Source of the DNA: Diadema setosum | Taxonomy: Eukaryota | DNA: 62,000 bases | Direction of reading: 5' to 3' | Assembly (NCBI RefSeq): GCF_964275005.1 | Contig: NC_092704.1 | Location: forward strand, 35,154,001 to 35,216,000 | The notes under the pieces: model-generated | Databases searched by the model: none | Told to the model about the DNA's origin: nothing | Seen by the model: the letters and a program-made list of their open reading frames with translations, nothing else | In this document: positions 18,001-31,057 of the stretch, one piece after another | Position numbering within the stretch: position 1 is the first letter of the stretch | How the letters are laid out: every line of letters starts with the position of its first letter | Program-made: the position numbers and the translations under genes

Positions 18001-20477
18001 CTGCAAATTGACATGAAATATTTAAACTCAATTATAGCTTTACAACAAATTAAACTCAGCCATAATCTAATATGAACTCTGAGAGCCATTGGGGCATCTC
18101 TGGAGTGTTGACTCAACCACAAGATGTTGACTTTAGATTTTCTCTTGTTTACATTCATACTGATATGCTTGTTCTATCATCCCTGTATCTCTACATGGCC
18201 AGAAGGTGATAATGCTGCAATGTAAGAGGGTAAATTCCTCCTACATCTTTTAAGTGGCAATGAGATATCCACGCACCAGCAATTCAACCCATGACAGAAC
18301 ATCTCCAGAGTGGCTGTATATAATCACTGTCTAACAACATCTTGCGTGTGCATCATATCGCACATCCACCAGTGTGGTCCTGCAAACCTCAAGGAAACCT
18401 TAAGAAAACCTCATTCATGATGACTCCAAAATCTTATCCATAGGTTTGCCTCATACTCTCAGGCATAATGTAAATGAGTGTATGCTGCAAACCCTGTGCA
18501 AAATGGCTTCAATAGACGAGGGAGCATGAATAGAGGATGAACAAAAACAGACAAGATGGCTGAAGTCTTATGGCTTGTAAATATCTCAATATGCTCGCAG
18601 GAGAAACTATTGTATCTACTAAACAGAGAAAGTGCTTTAAAATGAGAATTGTCACATCATATCAGGTATAAAAGCAAACTGAAAAAAAAAATGGTAGAAA
18701 AAGGAACATGTAAGAGACACTGCGTAATGAAGGTAGATTTTCATGAATTAAGTTCTGGAGGTTTGAGAGAGTGAGATCCTTCAACAACTGGAATATTAAA
18801 GATGATTCAAATTTTGAGGTGTGAAGACAGTGTACATTGGGGGTGAGGCCCTCCACTAGATGATGTACAATGTAGTCAAAAGATGGGGCTATATCATAAA
18901 AACTGAAGCCTCCATCACTCAGAGATATCATTTTGAAGTCCAACTCCTCGCAATAAATAGGCCTACAAGCACAAATCTGAGGTATACTTTATGTACATGT
19001 CAGAGTAAATTGCAAAATGAGAGATAAACCTAGACAAGTAACAGAATACAAGGTTACATACAGTTACTGAAATGAAAAAAAAAAAAGTAAAATGGGAAGT
19101 AAATGTGAAATCTTCAGCAAATGTAAACAAATCAAATCCTGGATACAAACAAACAATCTATTAAACAAATCCTGCAACATGTCCAAAAGACATTCAGGGT
19201 GGTAACGTATGCAAAAACAGACAAATATCCTACTAATACATGTAGACAGCATCAATACAATCAGTCCATCACAACAGTCCATCACATTGTTCTAGCACTA
19301 GCAAATATCCGTCAAAGGCCGTCAGAGTCAGATTATATGAAGAGTCAGTCATTCAGAACCATGCAGCACTGAAGGACATAAGACAAACACCAGTCACTTT
19401 CCACCAGAGGAGAACAATATAACAAACATGCCTGTACTACTACAGCGTGGATTTCCCCACTCATCATCCTGAAAACCATAGCACACCATTGATTAATTGA
19501 AGGACATTACCATGACAACAGTTTCTATGCAACAGAGGGACGGGAGGGGATATCTCATTCATAAGATAATGAAACAAATCAGAGGAAAAGAGAAAAGAGA
19601 CTATAATTCAGCAATTATTCAGTTCAATGCCACTGTTGGTATACTTGTAGGGGAAAGGAAAGGTAAACATACAATATGAGTATGAAGAGAAATTTCAGAA
19701 ACATCTAATGCAAAAAAAAAAAATATTATATTATTTTCAAAAGACACCCCATTAATTCTGTAGGAATTACGTTGAAAAAGGAAAAGGAATTCAATGTGAT
19801 ATCAAAAGTGATGATTGCAATGTGTATTGATGAGGAAAATGGTGAAAATACTATCGATGACAATGACAGAAATAATAACAAAATGATAACAACAACATGT
19901 TAGAAAACAAGTAGTGATACAATTCATCTCATTCAATTCTACTTATTGGAGTATTGAAGGAACCAAAATAAAATCTACTGCTCCCAAACTCATCAAGCAA
20001 TCAGCAAAAGGGTCAAACCATTGTAATTTTCTGTACAATTAAGGGCAATATTTACATTTGTGCAGTGATCTGTAATGGAATTTCCCATTCAGTAAATATC
20101 AAAAACACAAGGTGGATTCCTGTCCTGATCAACAACTCAGTTCAAAAACAAATAAAACCTCATGTAAACTTGCAAAACATGCACATCATGTGACAGACAG
20201 AGCAGGCATGTTCTCAAGGGAAAACACAATATGTGGACATACAAGTAAATGTACTTGCAGAATTTTTAATATACGGTGCACCATAAAGTCACAGATTTGT
20301 TTTGTTCTCTCCCTCTTTTGAAACAAGGGGAGCCATTCTAATGGGTACTCAATAATGATGGAGGGTGAGGTCAACTTTAACTTTAACAATATTTACTCAA
20401 GGGGTGGTATAAGTCTGGTTGATACATTTTAGAATCTCCTAGGAATTCCACAGAAGTACCTCCTTGCAAAGACTAGA

Positions 20478-20570
20478 CCTGGGGCCCTTTTCATAAAACT
20501 TGTCATCAGTGACAAGTTGTCATAGATGTGACAAGCTACTGAAAGCCTTGCATCTGATTGGCTGAGAGCA
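20478..20570. mobile_element. Probable truncated DNA-transposon end
   Basis: ctggggcccttttcataaaacttgtca..tgacaagtt with internal palindrome; second end not found. Confidence 0.35.
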
Positions 20571-23072
20571 AAAAAGCCTCTAACTTGGGTATGGGTTTGA
20601 TGTGTTTTGAGTCAAGTTCATCCAATAACTTAATATTAAAGTTAAAAAAAAACATAATTCAGCTTACATTGATAAATTGGTAGTGCATATAATGACATAA
20701 GTAATCTAGAAATGATTGAGTATAAGTAAGCATCACTGCATATGACCCTTTATGGTCACTCTCACTGAATAATGTTGTGCATGGAATTGAATTACTCATC
20801 TCATTTCCTCCATCATTAGGAAATTTTATCCGTATTTCCCATCAAATGTTAATTATTTTCTTTGCCTCTTTGCTAATACCACAATCACACTTTTACAAGG
20901 AGCTCATCATTGTATTTTCCTGCCTGGTCAACCTTTCAATACTATACATTTTCTTTGCAAGTTTAATTTTACACCCACTGCCGAAAATATGGCCCCAGCT
21001 ACTTGTATAAAACATATCCACACATACAATCATATTGCCATGCAATGAGTTAAAGGATTTTGGACAAAATATTGTCAATATGATATTAATATTTGATGGG
21101 GGGAGGAATGAAAACTAGTTTGTTCCATTTTTTTTTTCATCCTTTCAAGGATGCATTCCACCTTTAAGGTTCATCTCTGATTTCAAGGTTGATGGCCAGC
21201 ACTCAGAGCTCCCAGCTAATGGTGGGAAACTCTCAAGAGTCGCTGAGGACAAGTTTTACCCAATCCCTGGACCTGGGTGGGTTCCCAAGAAAGCTGATAC
21301 TTCCACAACAATATCATCTCCTGCTCAAAGTGTGTTTCCAATGGAGAATAGGGAGAAAAAAAATCATTTCACCAAGGGAGAGAAAAAAGGGGAAGAGAAT
21401 AAAGAGAGAGAGAGAGAAAGTAGAGATGGGCTCCTTTCAAGGAGCTTTACTTTCTATGTATGACTGATGACACTTAATCCACTTTTTTATTCACTTTCCA
21501 GGAATAGACATAAAACATATCTCATGAAAGCACCATATGTCATGGCTTAGTCTAACTTCAATAAACACACGTGCATGTACGACCAACACACCACAACACA
21601 CGACGAAGAATAACGAAAAAAAAAAAATTAGTGAGTACTTTCCTATGTATTTGTAGTCTTACATCAGTTGGGGATGGGGGGGGGGGAGGATCTTTCTGGA
21701 TTCAGGATACAATTTCATGTTTGGCTCATAAGACCTTTGTGCACGGCATGAAAACATCCTCAGAGGGCATTCATCTACTGTTAGACTAAATGAGAAAGAA
21801 AACATCTTTGGCTGCAAGGCACAAAATTCCTACAGTGTATTTAGCACAATACAGCATTGTACATCAGACATGCTGCTTTATGTACTCCACAAACACCACT
21901 GTGAACTTCATAAATAATCCTACAGTTGTACACTTTACCTGAAAGCGACATATCCTGCTGAACACCAATACCACACTGTTTCACAAACCTACAGTGTACA
22001 GTATGTATTTTCACACATATACCTGTACATATGGTGAATATTATCGTACACTAACCATCCTTGAATCAAACTCCACAACCTAGCAAATCAATTCTGTAAA
22101 TTACAGTAGATAATATGTACATCCACTGGTATAAAAAATTGCATCATGTAAGAAAGTACTATGACACAGTAGGCTTACATAAATTCCATTCCACTTTATG
22201 GATGTTACCACTTCATACAAAAATATGATTCCATAATAATTTTACACTGTAAATGCTTTCACACTTCTGATAGTACATTTTAGCAGGCATTCTATTTTAA
22301 ACCTAAATGCATATTGCATGTATACACTTGTAAGTATCTGTTTGCAGGCCAACATAGACTCATGTTTGTACAACAGCTGTATAGAGTATTTTTTCAACCA
22401 AGGAGAATAAAAAAATGGGTAAGTTTCTCTGCCGATGATTCTGTTATCCACATTGTGCTGTAGCAGAAGAAAAACTACGTGGAAGACATTAGAGATTATC
22501 TCTAGTCTACATGATGGGAGTGAAACATGGCTGCCTTGGTTTGGTATTACATTTGACTTGGCAGCTGAGAAGTGGTATGTATACACTATGTGCATGTAGC
22601 TGGTCAGGGGAAAATGACACGGTTGACGTCAATCAAACTGGCCTAGGCTTCCTGTGTATCAATTCTGAAAGACAGAGTCTACAGTATAGTAGATCAGACC
22701 ACAGGCCTCCCCCTTCACATATAGGCAAGTCTCAGATCTAACTAAGTATTGTATTCTAATTTCAATGCTAAAAACTTACTTAAAATAGAATCCTCTGTAC
22801 CTTTGCATCAGATTTGAGTGTTTGATATCCATGATATTAAGATGATCTCGGTGTATGGACTAGATATTACATCAACGACAACTTAATACACACAGTATTG
22901 AATCAATAACTGTTCCATAGCATTCCAAACATTTCTGATAACAATGACAATATAAGTGTATTACAAGGTGTATCATCACTTGATTACTAGTTGGAATGAC
23001 AATGATTTCATTCATTGTATCTATTCAAGTTTTACATTAGACCTGTATGTCCTGATCTGTTTTAATTGAAAC

Positions 23073-23116
<44 letters not shown>

Positions 23117-26100
23117 CATTGGTGAAAGACTCTCGATTGTTGTCTTAATATTCGTATTATATGCTTCATGACTTCTAACGGCAGACCAAAAAGTGTTGCC
23201 TACATTTGCATAAACATAAACACATTGTATGAAAGTACATGAGTACACCTGCTCATTTTAGCCGGAATGGATCGCGGATCAGTGTAAAACTGCATCAACA
23301 CTAATGATATTTGCACAGCTTACAGTTGCCTAGCAGCAGGTGAATACACCTACAATATGTGGACATATGGTGGTAATGCTTAGTAGAATAAACATGATAT
23401 ACATGTAAACATGCTGTACAAAAAGCATCTAGGTCTATACACTAAGTCTGCCGCCACAGCAGTGGACACACACACACACGCACACACAAATGATCATATT
23501 CTGTGTATTTCTACACACCTCTGTCACAAGGACATTTATAATCAACTTCCAATCATTACTGGCTTCTGTTTGACACATCAAATGAAGCATAAATCACTTG
23601 ATCAATTTCTCACCATTTTATCTCACACAGATGACCTTGCCCCGTCATTACTCATTATTCATATGCACTAATAAACTTGTTTACTCGTACAAGTGCATAG
23701 TAAAACTTTGTCTCCCCATTAAAAATATATACAGTAGGCCTACAGACTGTATGCTTTCTAACTCTACACATATGGTACAGAGACAGACAGAGAGAGAGAG
23801 AAAGAAAGAAAGAAGAGGGTGGTAAAATTACATATCTTGGCTTTTAAAGACTGATAAATATTCACACTAGTACTGGTAAAGAAGAATTTGAATACATCTT
23901 TGTGTGTTTGTCACTTTCATAGTGTAATTTCATGGTATAATGGAAGGAGTTATAATTTGCAACACCTACCAAAGTTCTGTAGAAAAAATGAGAACACTAG
24001 AGACCAAAGAGTGAAGGGAATATTTTAAGAGCAGCTGGCCAAATTTTCTTTACATTTTACTTAAAAATGAGTGTTTAGGCATATCAGTTTAACAATCACT
24101 GGGACTGTAATCAAATAAAAAAGAAAATGCCTAAAATAAAATCATAAAAACTTGTTGAAAACTCAGGAAACAAAACTGTATCAATACAGATTATGTTGTG
24201 ATGGTCTAGCGTTCTACATTGTACTTTCTTTTACTTACTTTCTTTTACTGTCAATTATTTTACCATAAGTCATGACTGATGGTGGTACAATGTGTACATT
24301 GTATAATGGTACTTTGTTGTCCCTGTCCAGTCTGCTGGACATGCTGCACAAAGTTCTTTTTACATAAAATTATGCATGATTTGGCAGTTTGCATTGGTGC
24401 ATCTCGTGGACTTCAAAACATGCGAGTTCCAGGTGCCTCAAACTTTAAATACAATGTGAGCTTTGGGTAAATTGCTGCTTCAGAGCAGTGTGGAAAGATT
24501 TCAGATTCTGTCTATGCAGGGACCTCCCTGGTCTATGACAATCACAGTTTGCTTACATCAGAGGAAAAGTACTCACACATTGTTCCAACTTATTGGCCCT
24601 GTGTGCCAAGTCAGTTTTGTTCAGAAGCGAGTCGCACTTAGAAGGTAAGTGTGACCTTTCTAGGACTGATTTCTCAGGAGATCTGGGCATAATTCAGAAT
24701 GCCCTTTGGTGGGAATTGATGAAGGGAGAGGAACCTGAGGGGAAATAGCTCCTTTTCCAGCAGGTCGGTGGCAGCAAACAATGTCTACATCTCATATTCA
24801 GTACACTGCAGTCATTCCTCTTTACTCTACTCCACTTCACAAAAATCCACAGAGACTGTAAAAGGGGCAATACATTATATCTACAGAGAAAGGGAGAGTA
24901 CCATGTACACCAGGTTGTCATCACTTGTTGAAGATGAAATTGTAGCATCTAGGGCTAGGCCTACATCAATAAAAAAGATTTTTGGCTTCATTGTGGAATA
25001 AACAACATCATTCACAAACCTGTGTTTTTTAATATGCTGACAAAAAGAGTGTACAGATTGAGTGAACTACAGAACAGAACTATGGAAAACGTAGCCTACA
25101 TGGATGGTGTCGCAACACGTTTTAGGGTACTTTTCTCTTTGATACCATACACAATACCCTGTGGCTTTCAGAAAATATATAGGCCTACTGTACGTCTTTG
25201 TCCCAAAGGTTGAAGATATGCACCAAACAACAGTGATTTTGATAGCATCATCTATTACATTCCTAAAGTGTCTCTACACTGAAAAAAAAATAATATCCAA
25301 GAATAAGAGAGTGAAAACAAAATAAAACCCCCAAAATATCAGGAGAGAGCTACAGATGTACAAATTATTGGCCTAACTGTTATTGTTTTAGCTAAATAAA
25401 AAGCATACAAGCATACAAGTCCTACATTTTGAGCTCTGGGTGCTGCATGAGCTGGATTCTCTAACAACCATGCGAGTGCATGATGGATGTACTTCTGCTA
25501 CATTTAGAGCAGTATCACAAAACATGATGAATAGTTTCAGTTTGAAAGTCATTGTGGTGGTATGGGGGAGGAAGGAGGGGGGGGGGGGTACACAGTTTGA
25601 TGATAAATAGTGAAGCTGTGGGAATGATCGGCATTAAAAATGAATGCTGAGAATAGAGATGTTTGAACATGTAAACATGACTTTGGAGGATATTTAGCTG
25701 TTTAATCCAGAGGATAAATATAGGTACAGTGTGTAGCATCATCATCATGTGAGAGTAATAAATAAATATAAAAGTGGACCAAAATCAAGTAAACTTCACT
25801 GAATTTACAGCCACATATTTAGAATACAAGAAGAAGAAGAAGAAGAAATGATTCTGTTCTGGGTTCTAGTGACATTTCAAGAAAAATATTTTATCCATCT
25901 GCCAGGCCAGAGAAAATAGACACTAACATAAAGATTCCAGAAACAATAAATTTTGGGCCCTGAAACTTCATTTCAATCAAGTGAAGTATCTGAAATTTCA
26001 GTTGTACAAGTATGTGCCAAAAATTGATGACACTTTGAGAGGAATTTTGTTTGAAGACATACAGATTCATGTGTGGCTGATACACTGTTGCAGGACTACC

Positions 26101-27087
26101 TGTGACTAGATCAAATAGACACACTGAGAAATACGAGGGGGGGGGGGGGTGAGGGAACAAACATGTTAATTGCTGTTTAACTTCAACTACAATGTATGTA
26201 CATTGTACAGTAAATTCACAACATTCAAAGCATACACACATTGGTATAAATAAGTACATCAAACCATTAATGGGTTTGTTTTTTTTTTTTTGCTTTGACA
26301 TTCTATTTTTGTTTAGGGAGAGACATCCGATTTACAAGTTTATTTGGACAATAACATTTACATTGATTTATGATTCTAAAACTTGAAAACTATGAAAGGT
26401 TGGCAAACATCAGTGACACATGTACTGAGGGAAGAAGAGAGCAAAGAATATACAAATGTAATGTGCAAAACATCATCAGCACACATTACACTGTACAACT
26501 GTACACTGTATGGAGTGTGAGTAGTATGTAACCTCAAACACACAAGTGTTCCCCCTAGCCTAGGGAGAGTATAGGACCCCGTTTACGGTGTGAGGCTCGG
26601 CCGCGGCCGAGATGCGGCCGAGCCCAGCCCCGCTTCAGTGTAAACGCGCAAAAGGCCAAACGCGAGGCCAAAATTGGCCTCGTATTTGGCCTCGCTCTGG
26701 AGGTGGTCTCGGCCGCGGCTGAGCCGCGGCCGAGCCCTGCCTCTCCTTGGTGTAAACGCAAACTGGGCCAAATGCGCGGCCAATTGCGCGGCCAATTTTA
26801 GTCTGGCTTCCAAACCCTCTGCCTGTATCTTTCGCTATTCAGGATATTAACCCCCTCAACGTCGAAAACTAGTATAGTTTAAGGTGGTTTTGTCCTGCAA
26901 AGGATTTTTTCCTTCGGCAAAGGCCTTTGCCCGAACGGCGACTTCGTCGCTACGGAATTCATTTGGCAAAGGGTCTGAAAACCAGACAATACCAAATTGC
27001 GTTTGTTTACAAGCAGAGCGCCGCTACGACAAAATATTGAAAGTGGATGAGCGTTCGTTTTATCACAATCAATGAAAATTACCTTTA

Positions 27088-27135
27088 CTTGATAAGACTT
27101 TCGCCTGCTGGCTCTGCAGGCTTCTTCAGATCGAG
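27088..27135 (-). ncRNA. Minimal type I hammerhead ribozyme motif (mirror copy, sense with the host gene)
   Basis: Exact reverse complement of 27199-27246. Confidence 0.65.
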
Positions 27136-27198
27136 CGTTGTGAGAAGGACTTCCCACGAGCCAGCTACGTCGGCTCGTGGGAAGTCCTTCTCACAACG

Positions 27199-27246
27199 CT
27201 CGATCTGAAGAAGCCTGCAGAGCCAGCAGGCGAAAGTCTTATCAAG
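27199..27246 (+). ncRNA. Minimal type I hammerhead ribozyme motif
   Basis: ctcgat-CTGAAGA-A-gcctgc(agagcca)gcaggc-GAAA-gtcTT-atcaag: conserved core, 6-bp stem II, weak stem I, vestigial stem III. Confidence 0.65.
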
Positions 27247-28109
27247 TAAAGGTAATTTTCATTGATTGTGATAAAACGAACGCTCATCCAGTTGAATTTC
27301 CAATCAGATGAACCTTTTCAGCGAGAAAATATTGAAAGGTTTGAATCAAAAGCGCGGCCGAGCCCAGCAGTGTAAACGGACAAAATTGCGAGGCTCGGCC
27401 GCGCAATTGAGGCCGGACTTGGCCACGGCCGAACCGCGGCCGAGCCCGGCCCCGCACTGTAAACGGGGTCTGAGTCAGGCATTCATGGGGTGTTCCAAAG
27501 AATGTGTTCCATGCATTGGGATACTTACTTTTATTTAGCTCTCTGGGGATCAAATATCCTGCCATCTCATGGTGGTCACAGTCCTCAATTTGAGATTTGT
27601 ATTCAATGTAAACATCAGCTGCAGGTTATGCAGAGACACACAAAGACTTCTATTTATTAACTCCTGAAATCTTGAAGATATACAATGTACACTGCTGTTA
27701 GGATTTTATCTCTTGTATATAAAGCACCACTTTGAACTGTTTGAAACACATCAGTGCAACTAATGTTTAACATATCTGAGAGTGAGTTGAATTGCATCAT
27801 GTGGTACATTGTATGAGGATATTCAGTTGAAGCTGCCTTATACTTTGCCCCTTAGAAGCAAACCTTATAATATAAAATTCATCTGCCTTCTCTTTTTATT
27901 CTGTGTCCAATATCATAACGTAAGAAGAGGAAGAAGAGGATTTAATGTTGACATGTCACACTGCATGACAAAACCCTACAACCAAAGTATTTACCTACAC
28001 TGATAAGAGACAAAACAATCCATCCGTCTATAAAGTGTTTGTCATTGCTACAGTTTACTCTTTCATGAGTCATCAGCCACTTCACATTGCCAGTAAACCA
28101 CCGACTTAC

Positions 28110-28134
28110 CATGAACCACAGTAGGTAGGTCCAT
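28110..28134 (-). CDS. Candidate alternative first coding exon MDLPTVVH(G)
   Basis: accATGg start; ATG|gtaagt donor in phase 1, compatible with exon 17813-18000. Confidence 0.4.
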
Positions 28135-28759
28135 GGTTTAGTTTACCCACAAACACATAGCTGGGAGTGATGGCTACACATACCACAAGGCACTGTGAAA
28201 GTACTATTCCAAACTCTTCAAACACACAAAAAAAAAGAACCAAAACTTGAATACCACAACAGATACCTGCATTGTTCTGAAATACATTGTACATAAAACC
28301 CTCCATAAATGACATCTCCAAAGGGCAGGGAGGAAAAAAAAAAAAAACACTCCTCAAGATCTGAGCAAGAAGTTCACTGACCCTGTGCACACTTGTTGAC
28401 CTCTCAGTGTGGCACTGTTCAGCAAGAGAGTGATCACAGTGCGATGTTGATATGCTTGAAGAGTTTTTAAAGATATCTGGTAATCGCAAATTATTTAAGA
28501 CTGATCACAAAAAGCAGTCTGATTGTGAACATTTACATAACTATTGAATGAGGAAAAAAATAAGAGGACAGAAGGTTCATCAAGAACAAAAGGATCATCT
28601 TTACAATAGTACCCACCAACCTTCAACCTCCAGATTCCTTTTGCAGCAAACACATCGACATTGTACACAGAGCAAACAAGGAAATGAAGACATGATCGTT
28701 CTGTAGAACCTATGCCTACGAATAACCCTCTCTGTGTATGACAGTATAAAACAGCTTAC

Positions 28760-28820
28760 CTCTCCTCTTGCGCCAGGGCACAAAAACCCTCCAGAACCAA
28801 GATTTGTCCCTACGCTCCAT
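28760..28820 (-). CDS. Candidate alternative first coding exon MERRDKSWFWRVFVPWRKRR(G)
   Basis: aatATGg start, 20 codons, GAG|gtaagc donor in phase 1; CpG-richer putative leader upstream. Confidence 0.55.
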
Positions 28821-30872
28821 ATTCCATGTAAATAGACAACTTCAACAAAAAGAGTTGGCCCAAAACGGGTTAATAAATCACGGCTGTAGTGGTTAAGTGG
28901 GGAAGAAATCCACAGAAATCAGCATACACTCGTCCAGGGAGGCCAGATGGAGCTACAATCCTGTCAATTTCAACAATCAACTTGACAGTAATTCTGCATC
29001 CACCTGCAAGGAGCAGCTTGGTTCATCGTTATGACGACTACGGCATCCCGACAGAGGCACTCCCACCACAGCAAACTAGATATTCCTCAATATTCTCATT
29101 ATTTTCTTCTTGCATTTCGAGACAGCTTTACCCTTCTCCCAGGGCACGATGTGAGCTCAGCTATTCTGCAACCAGGCAAAGTACAACCATGCCTGAAGAG
29201 ATATTGGCTGCATGTAAAATGGATGTTTTCCTCACAAGGGGAGGGCGAAGAAAACAGGGCCACCTCACACAAAAGTCACAAAACCATCATGAAAACCACT
29301 TCCAATCGCGACCTACAATTTCACATGACTGTACAGATGAAGACAAGGCACAAGAATGACTGGAGAGAAATGTCAGGCCCTGGGTTCTGAGTGGAATTCC
29401 AGTCAGCTAACCAGATAATGAGCACACTGGTTGTAGTGGAGAATGCTGCCGTTAAATCCATCTAAGGGGTGCGTTTAGCCTCCTTAAAGCTCCTCACCAC
29501 CACGATCTTTGCTCACACTCAATTCACTTCTTCCCATCTCAAAACCTCTCATCACTTTTCACAGTTCTAGCCATGCAACTAGCCTAATTCTTTAGCTCCT
29601 GTATAATGCAAGACTTATTTTCTTCTCAAGATTACCATTTCCCTCTTCTTTCCATTTCACTTTCTCTTGTTCTCCCACTATTGTTCCCGTACAGGTCTGT
29701 CTTTCTTTACTGCCTGTCGCTAACAAAGACCTGGAATTAAAGGGTCTTTGATGCATTGCTAGTCAGGATTTCTGCATGTTTTTAAATAGTTTTCCACCTG
29801 CAAAGATTCACCTTCATAGAGTGATGTCATCCATACGTTTGTACTATGTAAAACAATTTATGGGATTGCTCAAAATGTGGACATCAAACAAGTATAGCAT
29901 ACAAAGCAAAAGCAACATCTGCACATTTGTTGTTGGGTTTTTTTCAGAGAGAGGCAGTTTTTATCTTCAAATGAATACTGCTACATTACAAATTAAAAAA
30001 AAAAAGATTTCTATAAAGTGATTTTCAAGTTGATAAGATTTTCGTTAGGTTTAAACTAAATTTGTAAAGGTAACTAATGCATAATAATGGTGTGACCCCC
30101 ACAGAGTTAAACTTACATGTTTGCTAAGGACCAGACACACACTTGTATAGAACTTTGGCGAATTTCAATTTTAAAACCATAAATGCTCCTAACCACAATT
30201 TATTAATTTATCATTATTATTATTATTATTATCATTCATTTTTACTTTTTTTTTGAAGGGGGGGGGGGGAGGTATTACAGTCTGTGCATAGCTTGAAGTG
30301 ACATGAAGCATTTTTTGTCCCCCTACACTATTTCATCATCATGACTGTCATAGGTGTCTGCTTGGATGAGTTTGATGGGTAGGCAGTAAGTGAGCCAGGC
30401 CATATAGTTTGTACAGCATTTAATTAAAATTGGCTCATAGAGCAGATATGCTACATGCATCATTAGTTATAGTGAGCTTAAACCTAACACCCCATGACAA
30501 GGAAATTAACAGCACCATATCAAAACAGACATGGCTCTTCTCTAAGTTCATTTATCCCACAGTCAGTAGGTCTTAACGATAAAAGAAACACACTGTCAAA
30601 CAAAACTATAAAACCTCTGAGTGGAATTGACCAAATAGACCATTTTGGCCAGTCTTGGTCCAATGACCATCACATGACCATACTTTTAAAGACGAAGACA
30701 GCCGAATCTTTAGGATTTACAAACATTACTATGGGTCAAACTTGCTCATCAATTTTCCCATGTCAAAACAGTCACTGACCTGATGCATCCATGTCAACAT
30801 TTTCTCACATCAACTTTAATATCCAGTGACCCCTATTTAACTGTTTTTAAGATAAGACATAAGATTTCTGTA

Positions 30873-31057
30873 AAGTGCACTCCAGTTATAACAAACACGG
30901 TCATAACGAAATTTCAGTTACAACGAAGTAAAAATTCAGGCCGCAAAATTTTCTGCTCTTTATTCTTCATTGTTTATTTGTTCGGTTATAACGAAATTAC
31001 AATATTTTAATGAAAGAAAACTGTCGGTCCCAAGGACATCATAACGGGAGTCCACTG
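30873..31057. mobile_element. pogo/Tigger-like MITE
   Basis: aagtgcactccagttataac...ataacgggagtccactg imperfect TIRs flanked by TA. Confidence 0.6.

Larger units (their letters stand above)
27044..27325. mobile_element. Penelope-like retroelement pseudo-LTR fragment in inverted (fold-back) configuration
   Basis: 282-bp insert flanked by a 13-bp duplication AAAATATTGAAAG (27031-27043 and 27326-27338), which is single-copy in the sister element near 50466; 119-bp perfect arms 27044-27162 and 27172-27290; hammerhead core present. Confidence 0.75.
26575..27470. mobile_element. PIF/Harbinger-like non-autonomous element interrupted by a Penelope-like insert
   Basis: GACCCCGTTTAC...GTAAACGGGGTC TIRs and repeated gtttacac/ggctcggccgcg subterminal motifs; same family as 49528-50594; no clean TSD. 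Confidence 0.8.

Noticed and set aside
24625..24650. Plus-strand ttttgttcag|20 nt|gtaagt micro-exon-like signal
   Set aside because: Isolated; no supporting plus-strand gene structure; such motifs occur by chance in 62 kb.
26555..27565. ORFs and regularly spaced GC-rich repeats resembling a CRISPR array or gene (also 49373-50585)
   Set aside because: Repeats lie in both orientations within a TIR element (subterminal motifs); ORFs are by-products of GC-rich palindromes; eukaryotic context with no cas genes.
28889..29390. 156-aa and 119-aa plus-strand ORFs
   Set aside because: No domain features; better explained as the antisense of a putative host 5' leader.
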